A stretch of 64,000 bases of DNA. Source: Alkalispirochaeta sp. (GTDB lineage Bacteria > Spirochaetota > Spirochaetia > DSM-27196 > Alkalispirochaetaceae). The position numbers were made by a program, and so were the translations under genes. Position 1 is the first letter of the stretch. Each line of letters starts with the position of its first letter. Positions 50,326 through 60,499 of this stretch are shown here, piece by piece. The stretch covers positions 3,584,001 to 3,648,000 of the forward strand of contig OZ271854.1 in assembly GCA_965601925.1 (NCBI GenBank), read 5' to 3'. The notes under the pieces were generated by a model. That model had not been told where the DNA came from, did no database searches, and worked only from the letters and a program-made list of their open reading frames with translations.

Positions 50326-50568
50326 TGCTCGTTCTCAGCGATCTGCCCGCGCTCAGTGGATGATAGGAAGACATATTTCGGAGTACAAGCGCAAAGCCGC
50401 CCTCCGGAACGACACGTATCTCGAACGGCTCCCGTTCGACTCGGACCAGACGATCTCGACGGTCAGATCGGGCTGAGTCATACGCGCCGGCCCTGTGAGT
50501 ATCGCCCCTTGACTTATCGCCCCGATCTCTGCTACATAGTCTCTTCATTCTTTTTGGAGTTATAAACG

Positions 50569-50883
50569 ATGTACGCATTGGTAGAAATCAAAGGCAAGCA
50601 ATACAAAGCCGAGCAGGACGGCCGGATTAAGGTCGACCACATACCGTCCGATGAAGGCAGCACGGTACAGTTCTCCGAGGTCGTGCTGTTGCGGGACGGG
50701 GACACTATCGTTGTGGGGCAGCCCTTTGTCGAGGGCGCCGTCGTAACGGCGGAGATCGAGAGCCACGGCCGCGATTCCAAGGTGCGCGTCTTCAAGCATA
50801 AGAGACGCAAGAACTATCGTCGTACCCGAGGGCACCGCCAACACTATTCGGTGCTTCGCGTCAAGGAGATAGCCGGGGCGTAA
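50569..50883 (+). CDS. rplU: 50S ribosomal protein L21
   Basis: MYALVEIKGKQYK, KRRKNYRRTRGHRQ. Confidence 0.97.
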   Translation: MYALVEIKGKQYKAEQDGRIKVDHIPSDEGSTVQFSEVVLLRDGDTIVVGQPFVEGAVVTAEIESHGRDSKVRVFKHKRRKNYRRTRGHRQHYSVLRVKEIAGA

Positions 50884-50893
50884 GCTCCTCTCC

Positions 50894-51235
50894 ATGATGG
50901 TACGAGTTACCGTTCATACCATCGGAGGGTTGCCGAGGCGGGTCGTTGCGAACGGCCACGCGTCGACTCCGGCGGGGGTCGACAGCACACCGTGTGCGGC
51001 GGTATCGCTGGTACTCAAAAGCTTCGGCCTTGCCGTGGCGAGTAACAAGACGTGCGTGGTTCGCGTCGAGACGGACGGCCCGGGTACGTTTAATATTGAA
51101 TTACGAGATTGCCGGACGGCCCATTGGTTGGAAGGCGTATGGACGATGGCCAGAATCTCCCTCATGGAAATAGAGGAGCAGTGGCCGGAAGAAGTCCGCA
51201 TGAATATCGTCGAGGAGAAGACAGATGGCACATAA
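50894..51235 (+). CDS. Ribosomal-processing cysteine protease Prp-like (DUF464)
   Basis: Located between rplU and rpmA; ANGHA...PCAAVS His/Cys motif. Confidence 0.78.
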   Translation: MMVRVTVHTIGGLPRRVVANGHASTPAGVDSTPCAAVSLVLKSFGLAVASNKTCVVRVETDGPGTFNIELRDCRTAHWLEGVWTMARISLMEIEEQWPEEVRMNIVEEKTDGT

Positions 51236-51485
51236 AAAAGGTGGCGGTAGCTCCAAGAACGGTCGCGATTCCAATGCTCAACGACTGGGTGTGAAGCGTT
51301 ACGGCGGCGAGTTGGTGAGCGCCGGCTCGATTCTGGTACGTCAACGCGGCACTCGTATCCATCCCGGTGAGATGGTAGGTCGCGGCAAGGACGATACTCT
51401 GTTCGCGAAGGCTGACGGAACCGTTCATTTTCATACCCGGCGGGGGAAGAAGCTCGTTTCGATTCAGCCGGTAGAGGCCGACTGA
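51225..51485 (+). CDS. rpmA: 50S ribosomal protein L27
   Basis: [24 protein letters not shown]. Confidence 0.98.
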   Translation: MAHKKGGGSSKNGRDSNAQRLGVKRYGGELVSAGSILVRQRGTRIHPGEMVGRGKDDTLFAKADGTVHFHTRRGKKLVSIQPVEAD

Positions 51486-51496
51486 GGAGTTCCTCT

Positions 51497-52561
51497 CTGT
51501 TTTCCGACGAGGCGGAGATCGAGGTCCGTTCCGGCAACGGCGGAAGTGGGGCGGTCTCCTTTCGTCGTGAGAAGTACATTCCCCGCGGCGGCCCCGACGG
51601 CGGCGACGGGGGCCGCGGTGGAGACGTCATTTTCACCGTCACACGCAACGTGAAGACGCTGGCGCATCTGAAGATGCGGCGGCGTTTTTTTGCAAAAAAC
51701 GGTCGTCCCGGCATGGGGCGCAAGATGGACGGCGCTCGCGGCGACGACGTCGTCGTCGCCGTTCCACCGGGAACGGTTGTGTACGACGGTGAATCGGGCG
51801 AGACACTTCTCGATCTCACCGACGAGGGCGCGTCGCAAGTCCTCTTTCGCGGTGGACGAGGAGGAAAGGGGAACACCCACTTCAAGTCGTCGACGCATCA
51901 AGCGCCTCGATTCTCACAACCCGGAGAGACCGGCGTTGAGCGGCTGCTGCGTGTCGAGCTTCAAATCATCGCCGACATCGGATTTGTCGGGTTGCCCAAC
52001 GCCGGAAAGTCGACGCTGCTCAAAGTCCTGACCGCCGCCGATCCCAAGATCGGAAACTATCCGTTTACGACCGTCATTCCCAATCTCGGCGTCATGCACC
52101 ATTACGAGCACGATGTCGTACTCGCCGATATTCCCGGGATCATCGAAGGGGCGAGCGACGGCGCCGGCCTCGGCCTGCAATTTCTCCGACACATCGCCCG
52201 CACCAAGGGGCTCGCCTTTGTGATCGACGCCGCCGACGCCGATCTTTTGGCTACCTATCGCACCCTTCGAACCGAGTTGGAGCGCTACGACGCGTCGCTC
52301 CTGCGGAAATCGCACCTCGTAGTCGTCACCAAGACCGATCTCCTCGAGAGCGGCGAGGCCGAACGTGGGACGGTCGACGCCTTTTTGACGGCGCTCCCCC
52401 AGCCGACGCCGGTACGGGACGATTCCGACGACGACTCGGAGACAGAGCGCTCCGAGTCCGGGCGGCTCGTTGCGACGGTGGAAGTCTCGGCCATGTCGAA
52501 TCGAGGCCTCGACTCACTCAGAGACGCTCTCTTCTCTCTGGGCGGAGTCGACGAACGGTGA
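51497..52561 (+). CDS. obgE: GTPase ObgE/CgtA (inferred CTG start)
   Basis: FSDEAEIEVRSGNGG..FRREKYIPRGGPDGGDGG lies upstream of the ORF-track start; GLPNAGKST, YPFTT, DIPG, TKTD. Confidence 0.95.
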   Translation: MFSDEAEIEVRSGNGGSGAVSFRREKYIPRGGPDGGDGGRGGDVIFTVTRNVKTLAHLKMRRRFFAKNGRPGMGRKMDGARGDDVVVAVPPGTVVYDGESGETLLDLTDEGASQVLFRGGRGGKGNTHFKSSTHQAPRFSQPGETGVERLLRVELQIIADIGFVGLPNAGKSTLLKVLTAADPKIGNYPFTTVIPNLGVMHHYEHDVVLADIPGIIEGASDGAGLGLQFLRHIARTKGLAFVIDAADADLLATYRTLRTELERYDASLLRKSHLVVVTKTDLLESGEAERGTVDAFLTALPQPTPVRDDSDDDSETERSESGRLVATVEVSAMSNRGLDSLRDALFSLGGVDER

Positions 52562-53160
52562 CGACACATTCCGAGGCGCCGGCAGAGGTGTTTTTCGGCG
52601 GTACGTTCGATCCGATCCACATCGGACATCTGTTCGTCGCCGAGGAGGCACGTCTGGCGGTCGGCGCGACGACGGTGCTGTTCGTTCCCGCCGGCCGCAA
52701 CCCGCTCAAGGATGGGCCCACCGGTACAAGCCCGGAGGCGCGACTGGCCATGACACGTCTTGCAGTCCGGGAGAACCCGGCCTTTCGCGTCAGCTCTGCG
52801 GAGATCGAGCGCGGTGGTCCGTCCTACACGGTCGACACCGTCGAGACACTGGTCGCTTCCGGCGCACTCTGCCCGCGTCCCGCGCTTATCATCGGGGACG
52901 ACTTGATCGCGCAACTACCGCGTTGGAAGGACCCCGAGCGGCTCTTTGCCGCCGTACGCCTTATCGTCGTCACCCGTCATGCAACCGAGATCGAACGGTT
53001 GTCGGACTTCGTACCGGCCGATACGCTTACCATTCGCAACCCATCGATTCCCGTATCTTCCAGCGATGTCCGTGAGCGCTTGCGGGACAACCGCTCGGTC
53101 AGGTACCTTGTTCCGGACGTTGTGTATGAGTACATTCGAAGCCATTCGCTCTATCGGTGA
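52558..53160 (+). CDS. nadD: Nicotinate-nucleotide adenylyltransferase
   Basis: FGGTFDPIHIGH, SYTVDT, IIGDD, VSSSDVR. Confidence 0.93.
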   Translation: MTTHSEAPAEVFFGGTFDPIHIGHLFVAEEARLAVGATTVLFVPAGRNPLKDGPTGTSPEARLAMTRLAVRENPAFRVSSAEIERGGPSYTVDTVETLVASGALCPRPALIIGDDLIAQLPRWKDPERLFAAVRLIVVTRHATEIERLSDFVPADTLTIRNPSIPVSSSDVRERLRDNRSVRYLVPDVVYEYIRSHSLYR

Positions 53161-53704
53161 CGAGATCGTACATCGATTGTCTCACACGATGAGTTCCAAG
53201 CGATTCTCCCACACCTTGGGCGTCATCGATACCGGCATAGCGCTTGCCGAACGCTTCGGCGAGGACGTCGAGCGGGTGCGGCTCGCCGGCGCGAGTCACG
53301 ATATGGCTCGCGAGCTCAGTGAGGGGGCGCTTCTGGCGTTCGCCGCCGATTGGCAGTTCGATCTAACGCCCATTGAGCGTCGAATACCGGTGTTCGCCCA
53401 CGGGGCGCTTGCGGCGGCGCAACTATCGCGCCAGTTCGGTGTCGACGACGCGGAGTTGCTACATGCCGTACGTCACCATACGTTGGGCGACCCGCACTTC
53501 GGTACGTTCGGTCTGATCCTCTACGTCGCCGACTTTTGCGAGCCCGGGCGAAAGCACATAGAGGCGCGGACGCGCGAGGCCGTCCTGGCGCTTCCCAGCG
53601 TGGGCGAGATGGCAATTTACATCATCAAGTTTTCGAAACGTCGTTTCGGTTCGTTACTCGAGCCTACCGAGCGGCTCTACGAACGCCTTGCCGAGGAGGT
53701 TTGA
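53126..53704 (+). CDS. yqeK: HD-domain Ap4A hydrolase YqeK-like
   Basis: RFSHTLGV, SHDMARE, HG, RHHTLG, LYVADFCEPGR; start uncertain. Confidence 0.85.
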   Translation: MSTFEAIRSIGDEIVHRLSHTMSSKRFSHTLGVIDTGIALAERFGEDVERVRLAGASHDMARELSEGALLAFAADWQFDLTPIERRIPVFAHGALAAAQLSRQFGVDDAELLHAVRHHTLGDPHFGTFGLILYVADFCEPGRKHIEARTREAVLALPSVGEMAIYIIKFSKRRFGSLLEPTERLYERLAEEV

Positions 53705-54892
53705 ATGGCGGCCAAGTTGCTCAATACGACCGTCGTATTTCTCGTGCTCGTCGTCGTTGCGGTGGTGACGACGGTTCTGCTGCTCTACATACGCCTGCGT
53801 ACCGACGAGATCAGTACCGCGGCGGCGAACGGCGAGGTGATTCGAACCCTGATTATCGCGGAGGAAGAGGAGCGCCCCTTCTTGGCGTTTCTCCTGTTCT
53901 TTCATCCCGAGACGCACCGGGCGGCGATTCTCGACATTCCGGGATCCGTCGGCGCGGTACTGAGGCCCCTTGGACGCGTGGACCGCATTGACGCCGTCTT
54001 TTCCTCGCAGGACGTGTCCGCCTTTCGCAACGAGGTCGAAACGTTGACCGGCGTTCCGGTCTCCGTGTCGCTCGTACTCTCGCGCGCGCAGTTGATCGAC
54101 TTCATCGATTTATTGGGTGGTATGGAGCTGTTCATCATCGACGACTATCGGCGGTCCGATGAGGCCGCCGTCGCCATTCCGGTGGGAAATGTGCGTCTCG
54201 ACGGGCGCAAAGCGATAGACTACCTCCGCATGAACGATCAATTCGATTCCGATTTGGAAGCGACGGCGCGTCGACACGCCTTCGTCCAGGCGTTACTTCG
54301 CGAGATACAGGACAACGCCGACCTGTTAGTGCATTCCGAGGTCGTACCGATTCGCGATCGATTCATTGCGACCGATGCGGATCGGCGGGCGGTTACCTCA
54401 CTCTTCGGTCTCCTGGGCGAAATGGAGGCGGGACGCTTGGTACGGCGTCGAGTTCAGGGCACGATTCGTTCGGTCGAGGTCGACGGGGAGACGCAACGGC
54501 TTCTCTTCCCCCACTTCGAAGGGCAGTGGCTCAAGCAGTCGGTGCAGCAGGTTGAACAGAGTCTTGCGAGCGCCGAAGACGCGGCGTTCGATCAAGTGGT
54601 AGTCTCCATCGAGGTGCTCAACGGCACGCCGACCAGCGGCCTCGCCCGGCGGACGTCGGAGTTGTTCGAGAATTACGGGTTCGAGGTACAGCGATTCGGC
54701 AACGCCGACAGCGACCGCATCGAACGCACCATGGTCGTCGACCGCAGGGGCGCCGGCGATCTCGCACAGCGGGTCGCGCAGGTCATAGGCGCGCGCAGTG
54801 TCGTGACCGAGGTTACACCCGATAGCGACGTTGATGTTACACTGATACTGGGAAATGATTTTGATGGAACCGTCGTCCGACCGGCAAACTAA
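53705..54892 (+). CDS. LCP (LytR-CpsA-Psr) family protein with LytR C-terminal domain
   Basis: N-terminal TM, FIDLLGG, LDGRKAIDYLR, EVLNGTPTSGLA, DVTLILGND. Confidence 0.82.
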   Translation: MAAKLLNTTVVFLVLVVVAVVTTVLLLYIRLRTDEISTAAANGEVIRTLIIAEEEERPFLAFLLFFHPETHRAAILDIPGSVGAVLRPLGRVDRIDAVFSSQDVSAFRNEVETLTGVPVSVSLVLSRAQLIDFIDLLGGMELFIIDDYRRSDEAAVAIPVGNVRLDGRKAIDYLRMNDQFDSDLEATARRHAFVQALLREIQDNADLLVHSEVVPIRDRFIATDADRRAVTSLFGLLGEMEAGRLVRRRVQGTIRSVEVDGETQRLLFPHFEGQWLKQSVQQVEQSLASAEDAAFDQVVVSIEVLNGTPTSGLARRTSELFENYGFEVQRFGNADSDRIERTMVVDRRGAGDLAQRVAQVIGARSVVTEVTPDSDVDVTLILGNDFDGTVVRPAN

Positions 54893-55259
54893 AGATCTCG
54901 TTGTCGACCTCGCCCGTTTTCTCGACGAGACCGGGGCGCGTGATATCGTTGCGCTCGACGTATCCGAGCAGTCCAGCTTCACGAGCTATTTCATTATCGG
55001 GGGTGCTACGAGCGTCGGGCAACTGCGCGGTCTCAAGCGACGTACCCACGAGCGTCTCGGAGAGTTGGGCCTACGGGCCCGTCAAAGTCCGAAGCGCGAC
55101 GATGAGAGCGGATGGCTTCTGATCGACTGCGACGATCTGATCGTACACTTGATGCTCGACGAGCAACGTCGGTTTTATGAGCTCGAGAAGTTGTGGTTTG
55201 ATGCGGAGGTCTTGTATCGTACCGAGGAGGAGAATGCCGGCGCGTCTGCGGAAACGTGA
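54864..55259 (+). CDS. rsfS: Ribosome silencing factor
   Basis: DIVALDV, YFII, WLLIDC..LIVHLM..RRFYELEKLW. Confidence 0.92.
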   Translation: MEPSSDRQTKDLVVDLARFLDETGARDIVALDVSEQSSFTSYFIIGGATSVGQLRGLKRRTHERLGELGLRARQSPKRDDESGWLLIDCDDLIVHLMLDEQRRFYELEKLWFDAEVLYRTEEENAGASAET

Positions 55260-55303
55260 CGAGTCGAGCCTCTGAACAAGGACGCGACATTCGACCAATT
55301 TGT

Positions 55304-55331
55304 TTGACAGTGTACTGGCTGGACTTATAAT
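55304..55331 (+). promoter_or_regulatory. Consensus sigma70 promoter for spoVG
   Basis: TTGACA-16 nt-TATAAT. Confidence 0.8.
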
Positions 55332-55367
55332 TGGATGTAGATAACCGGGCGCGAAGAGGAGCAGCCG

Positions 55368-55661
55368 ATGGAGATTACCGATATCCGCGTTCGCCGAGTC
55401 GGGGGTGAAGGCAAACTCAAAGCTTACGTTACGGTGACGCTCGACAATTGTTTTGTGGTTCACAACATCAAGGTCATTCACGGACGGAGCGGCACGTTCA
55501 TAGCGATGCCCAGCCGGAAGACCAAATCCGGCGAGTACAAGGATGTTGCCCACCCCATTAATTCCGAGTTCCGATCGTCCTTACAAGAGAAAGTTCTCGC
55601 CGCGTACGAGGAGGCGCTCGAGGATCCAACCTCCTTGAGTCCGGGCGACGACGACTATTGA
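55368..55661 (+). CDS. spoVG: SpoVG family nucleic-acid-binding regulator
   Basis: [34 protein letters not shown]. Confidence 0.96.
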   Translation: MEITDIRVRRVGGEGKLKAYVTVTLDNCFVVHNIKVIHGRSGTFIAMPSRKTKSGEYKDVAHPINSEFRSSLQEKVLAAYEEALEDPTSLSPGDDDY

Positions 55662-55707
55662 CGGCCCTTTCTCATGTAGAGTATGGTGTCGCCTCAAAAG
55701 CCGTCAT

Positions 55708-55779
55708 TGGGGCGTCGCCAAGTGGTAAGGCACCGGGTTTTGATCCCGGTATGCGCAGGTTCGAATCCTGCCGCCCCAG
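55708..55779 (+). tRNA. tRNA-Gln (anticodon TTG)
   Basis: TGGGGCG/CGCCCCA acceptor, CCGGG-TT TTG AT-CCCGG anticodon arm, GGTTCGAATCC. Confidence 0.96.
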
Positions 55780-55809
55780 CTGCTAATAGTTGAACGCAAG
55801 GAGACTCGC

Positions 55810-56427
55810 ATGGAGCAGAAGATTCTGAACGCGCAGGCCCGTGTCGAGACCGGCAAGGGGGTTGCCCGCCAACTTCGTCGGGACGGCCGTATTCCCGCGG
55901 TCGTATACGGGCACGATGAGCCGCAGGCTCTCTCAGTCGAGGCGCGAGAGTTTCACAGAGCCTTTCACACGGTATCGGAGAGCACGCTGATAAAATTGAA
56001 GCTGAGCGACCGCGACAGGGACGTACTGATCAAGGATTACACCGAAGATATCCGCACCGGAGATATCCTCCATATCGATTTTTACGAGATCGAGCGTGGG
56101 AAGAAGCTTCACACCCGTATCGCGATCGAGCTCAACGGGTCGCCGATCGGCGTCCGCGAGGGCGGCGTTTTGGAGCACACCTTGTACGAGGTAGATATCG
56201 AGTGCCTCCCTAAGGATCTTCCGGGGAATCTTGTCGTCGATGTTGCCTCCTTGAATACCGGCGATTCGCTGCACGTACGAGACTTGGTACTTCCGGAAGG
56301 AGTCAGAATTCTCAACTCGGCCGATCAGACCGTCGTCTCGGTAACGATCCCGCGCGCCGCGACCGAAGAGGTCGTCGAGGAAGAGGCGGAGGTCGCAATC
56401 GGAGAGGAACCGTCCGGAGACGAGTAG
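55810..56427 (+). CDS. rplY: 50S ribosomal protein L25 (CTC type)
   Basis: RQLRRDGRIPAVVYG, HIDFY, GVREGGVL. Confidence 0.95.
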   Translation: MEQKILNAQARVETGKGVARQLRRDGRIPAVVYGHDEPQALSVEAREFHRAFHTVSESTLIKLKLSDRDRDVLIKDYTEDIRTGDILHIDFYEIERGKKLHTRIAIELNGSPIGVREGGVLEHTLYEVDIECLPKDLPGNLVVDVASLNTGDSLHVRDLVLPEGVRILNSADQTVVSVTIPRAATEEVVEEEAEVAIGEEPSGDE

Positions 56428-56430
56428 TTT

Positions 56431-57015
56431 GTGTCTTCGCCGATTATTCTCGTAGGGCTGGGGAATCCCGGGGCGCGCTTCGACGGCAGCCGCCACAACG
56501 TCGGATTCGAGTTTATCGATTCCCTCGCCGGGGCACTCCGCTGCGAGCCCCGCAAGCGCTTCCTTAAGCCTCTTCGCCTCGGGGTATGCCGAGAACACGG
56601 CGTTGTCCTCGTGAAACCGCTTACCTACATGAATCGGAGCGGCCGCGTGATTCCGCGGCTGCTTCGACGGTTCTCAGCGCCATTGGATCACCTCGTTGTC
56701 GTAGTGGATAATATGGACTTACCGCCGGGAGAGATCCGCATGAAACGCCGCGGCGGTCCGACGACCCACAACGGCCTGAAGTCCATAGACGAAGCGCTGG
56801 AGAGCACCGAGTATCCCCGCCTCTACATCGGCGTCGGGCGTCCCTCGACCGGAGAGAGCGTTGTCGACCATGTGTTGGGAGCTTTCGACGATGCTCAGCG
56901 CGTGTCGGTAGACGATGCGATCGAGCGCGTATTGCCCATCGTGATCGATTCAGCACCATCCTTCCATATCGACCGACTGGTGAGCGGCGTCAACGCGCTC
57001 CGGCGAACGGTATGA
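56431..57015 (+). CDS. pth: Peptidyl-tRNA hydrolase
   Basis: VGLGNPG, RHNVGF, KPLTYMNRSG, HNGLKS. Confidence 0.95.
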   Translation: MSSPIILVGLGNPGARFDGSRHNVGFEFIDSLAGALRCEPRKRFLKPLRLGVCREHGVVLVKPLTYMNRSGRVIPRLLRRFSAPLDHLVVVVDNMDLPPGEIRMKRRGGPTTHNGLKSIDEALESTEYPRLYIGVGRPSTGESVVDHVLGAFDDAQRVSVDDAIERVLPIVIDSAPSFHIDRLVSGVNALRRTV

Positions 57016-58463
57016 CCGCTCCGGCGGCGCGCTCCGTCCCCCATGTGATCTCGGCGGCGTTGGATGGACTGGGCGTCTCCACGACCGACACGATCGTGGT
57101 TGCCTGCTCCGGCGGCTGCGACAGCGTCGCCGTCGCCGCAGCGCTCCGGGAGGCGGGACGGCATCGTATCTGTCTAGGGTGGATCAACCACAATATCCGA
57201 GATTCCCGGAGTCTCGAGGGAGAGGCGCGTGTCGTCCGTAGCCTTGCTCGACGATTGAATGTTTCCCTGTATGAACGCACCGTTCCTCGGGGGGTGATCG
57301 TTCGAGAGGTCGAGGATGAGAAACGAAGTGTCGAAGAGGTCGCTCGGTCCCATCGGTACCGTCTACTCGCCTCCATCGCCCGTGAAGTCGCTCTCACGAC
57401 CTCCACGCGGGCGGTCGTGGTTACCGCTCACCACCGCGACGATGGAGCCGAGACGACGCTTATGCGCCTCGTCGCCGGCCACTCGCTGTTGGAGTCCGTG
57501 ACGATACCGCCCTCAAGACGCCTGGACGCACTCGATCCGGAGATTATGGTGTATCGGCCGGCCCTTTCGGTTGGGCGCGACGATCTGCGTTGCTACGCCG
57601 CTGAGCGTTCTCTGGAATGGGTACACGACGACAGTAACGACGATCCAAGATTTCTCCGTAATCGGGTTCGGAACCGCGTACTCCCGGTCGTGGACGAACA
57701 TCTACCGGGTGCATCATACCGCTTGAGTGCGGTCGGTCGCCATGCCGCGCGAATACGCGAAGCACTTTGGGCGCTCATTCCCGAGTCGGCACAAGGCGTT
57801 CACGACGGCCCGGACCGGTGGCGAATCGAGGCCAAGGCGCTCTTGGACCTACCCGAGGCGGCACGAGAGTTGGTGCTCCGCGAGGCGGTATATCGAATAT
57901 CCCGGCGAGAGCGGGCGCCGGGAGGTTTCATACGCGAAGCGTTGCGGCGGTTACGCGAGGAGACTACCCGGCGTACTTCGGCCGAGAGTGAGACAATATC
58001 GGGTGCCGATGTCGACATCGTGGTCGAGTCTGCGGCGATCATTGTCCGGCGCCGTGTTGTCCCAACTGGTCAAAGTGGGTATCTTTGGCTCGTGAAAGGG
58101 CCGGTATACCTTCGCTTTGCTTCCGGAGGGCCGTGGCCGTCGGTGGATACCGGCGAGAACGAGTCTCGTCAGCGCGATGCGAACGGAAACTGGTACGGAC
58201 CGCTCCATCCACCAACGGTAATACGCAGTCGTCGATCGGGAGACGCCATTTTATTCGATGCCCGCCGCCGTGAGCTGTCCGGAGTCTTGAAGAGAGCCGG
58301 TGTTCCGGCTCGCCGACGCGAATCCGTCGCGGTAATGGAGGACACGAGCGGGATCGCGGCTATTTTTGACGTCGACGGCGTCCGAGTGACGCGTGACGGA
58401 GTATCCGTTGCACGAGAACGCCACGCCGAAGAAGGCTGGGTATACGTCGGTGTCGTCAATTAA
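57012..58463 (+). CDS. tilS: tRNA(Ile)-lysidine synthase
   Basis: ACSGGCDS, ARSHRY, TAHHRDDGAET, DDSN, RNRVR. Confidence 0.9.
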   Translation: MTAPAARSVPHVISAALDGLGVSTTDTIVVACSGGCDSVAVAAALREAGRHRICLGWINHNIRDSRSLEGEARVVRSLARRLNVSLYERTVPRGVIVREVEDEKRSVEEVARSHRYRLLASIAREVALTTSTRAVVVTAHHRDDGAETTLMRLVAGHSLLESVTIPPSRRLDALDPEIMVYRPALSVGRDDLRCYAAERSLEWVHDDSNDDPRFLRNRVRNRVLPVVDEHLPGASYRLSAVGRHAARIREALWALIPESAQGVHDGPDRWRIEAKALLDLPEAARELVLREAVYRISRRERAPGGFIREALRRLREETTRRTSAESETISGADVDIVVESAAIIVRRRVVPTGQSGYLWLVKGPVYLRFASGGPWPSVDTGENESRQRDANGNWYGPLHPPTVIRSRRSGDAILFDARRRELSGVLKRAGVPARRRESVAVMEDTSGIAAIFDVDGVRVTRDGVSVARERHAEEGWVYVGVVN

Positions 58464-58477
58464 GGATGCAATGAACC

Positions 58478-60499
58478 ATGCAGAATAACGATAATCGTGA
58501 CCCCCGTCGCCGGGGAGATCAAAACAACGACAACAACTTCAACTTCAATTTCCGCAACAATCGTTTTGCGCTGATTTTTCTCATCGCCCTATTGGGCATG
58601 TTCGTCGTGATGCTCTTTTCCAACACACAGAGCGCGGGACGGGAGATCGCGTACTCGCAATTTCTCGGGTATCTGAGAGAGGGGCAGGTCGAGTCGGTAC
58701 GTATCATCGACCAGTACGAGATACAGGGGACCCTTCGCACCGCTGCAGGCGAGACATCGGCGTTCGTTACCAACATCCCCTATTTCGATAGCGAGTTGAT
58801 CTCGCAACTGCGGGAGCGAGGTGTGCGCTTTTCCGGCTCTCCGCGTCCGGTATCTCCGTTTCAAGTCCTGATCGAGTTCCTTCCCTGGTTTATCGGGTTT
58901 TTCTTCATCTGGTTCATGTTTCGCCAAGTGCAGGGGAGCGGCAATCGGGCGTTTTCATTCGGGAAGAGTCGCGCCAAGCGGTATCTCGACGAAGGTGTGA
59001 AAATAACATTTGCCGATGTCGCGGGGCAAAAAGAGGCGAAGTACGAGCTTCAGGAAATTGTCGAATTCCTCAAGAATCCTCAAAAGTTTACCCGCATTGG
59101 CGCCAAGATTCCCAAAGGCGTGCTTTTGGTGGGAATGCCGGGTACCGGTAAAACGCTCCTCGCCAAGGCGAGTGCCGGCGAGGCAGGTGTCTCCTTTTTC
59201 CATATGAGCGGCTCCGACTTCGTCGAGATGTTCGTCGGTGTCGGCGCCAGCCGAGTTCGCGACCTCTTCGAGCAGGGGCGTAAGAATGCACCGTGTATCA
59301 TCTTTATCGATGAGTTGGACGCCGTCGGACGCACGCGCGGCGCCGGATACGGCGGTGGACACGACGAGCGGGAGCAGACGCTCAACCAGATGCTCGTCGA
59401 GATGGACGGTTTCGACACCAAGGACGGCGTTATCGTCTTGGCCGCGACCAACCGGCCCGACGTTCTCGATCCGGCGATTCTCCGCCCGGGGCGATTCGAT
59501 CGTCAGGTTGTGGTCGACATGCCTGATATGACCGAGCGCGAAGCGATTCTGAAAGTTCACTCGAAAAAGATCAAACTCGACCTCACCGTAGATCTCAAAA
59601 CGATCGCCCGTGCAACCCCCGGTTCAAGCGGCGCCGATCTTGCGAACCTCGTCAACGAGGCGGCGCTCTACGCGGCACGCAAGGATAAAGAGACGGTGAG
59701 CGCGGAGGACTTCGAGGAGGCGCGGGATAAGATTCTCATGGGCGTTGCGCGAAAATCGCGCATCATTAACGAGGAAGAGAAGCTCAAGACCGCACGCCAC
59801 GAGGCCGGCCACGCCCTGTTGCACTATTATCTTACCCACGCCGATCCGTTACACAAGGTGACGGTGATACCGCGCGGGAGGGCGTTGGGTGTCGCCTTCT
59901 CGCTGCCCGAACAGGACAGCTACAGCAAGGGCTCGGGATATCTTACCGACCGCATCAAAATCGCGTACGGCGGATACATCGCCGAGAAGATGTTCTACGA
60001 CGAAACCACGACGGGCGTGCAAAACGATCTCAAGCAGGCCACCGAAATGGCGCGACGCATGGTCGTAGAGTGGGGCATGAGCAAAATCGGACCGGTATCA
60101 TTCGGTCAGGAGGACGAGCCGATCTTTCTCGGAAAAGAGATTGCGACCCACAAGGACTACTCGGAGTCGACGGCTCAGACGATCGACGCGGAGATTCGGC
60201 GTATTCTTGATGATGCGTATCGCGATGCCGAGGCGATCCTGACCGAGCACAAAGAGCAGCTCGATACCCTCTCGTGGGCCTTGGTCGAGAAGGAGACGCT
60301 CTCGGATAAAGAGATTCGCGATCTGTTCGGATTTCCGCAACGCGAAGAACCGGCGCGCGAGGACGCGGAAACGAGCGACGACGAATCGGATCACCTCGTA
60401 ACCGACCGCGAGAACTCCGAGAGCGAGTCGGATCAGTCCAATCCCTCGAACGGGGAAATCGTCGATTCCGATGATTCGGAGCCCAGCGAACAGTCGTAA
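58478..60499 (+). CDS. ftsH: ATP-dependent zinc metalloprotease FtsH
   Basis: Two TMs, [17 protein letters not shown] region, HEAGH. Confidence 0.98.
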   Translation: MQNNDNRDPRRRGDQNNDNNFNFNFRNNRFALIFLIALLGMFVVMLFSNTQSAGREIAYSQFLGYLREGQVESVRIIDQYEIQGTLRTAAGETSAFVTNIPYFDSELISQLRERGVRFSGSPRPVSPFQVLIEFLPWFIGFFFIWFMFRQVQGSGNRAFSFGKSRAKRYLDEGVKITFADVAGQKEAKYELQEIVEFLKNPQKFTRIGAKIPKGVLLVGMPGTGKTLLAKASAGEAGVSFFHMSGSDFVEMFVGVGASRVRDLFEQGRKNAPCIIFIDELDAVGRTRGAGYGGGHDEREQTLNQMLVEMDGFDTKDGVIVLAATNRPDVLDPAILRPGRFDRQVVVDMPDMTEREAILKVHSKKIKLDLTVDLKTIARATPGSSGADLANLVNEAALYAARKDKETVSAEDFEEARDKILMGVARKSRIINEEEKLKTARHEAGHALLHYYLTHADPLHKVTVIPRGRALGVAFSLPEQDSYSKGSGYLTDRIKIAYGGYIAEKMFYDETTTGVQNDLKQATEMARRMVVEWGMSKIGPVSFGQEDEPIFLGKEIATHKDYSESTAQTIDAEIRRILDDAYRDAEAILTEHKEQLDTLSWALVEKETLSDKEIRDLFGFPQREEPAREDAETSDDESDHLVTDRENSESESDQSNPSNGEIVDSDDSEPSEQS

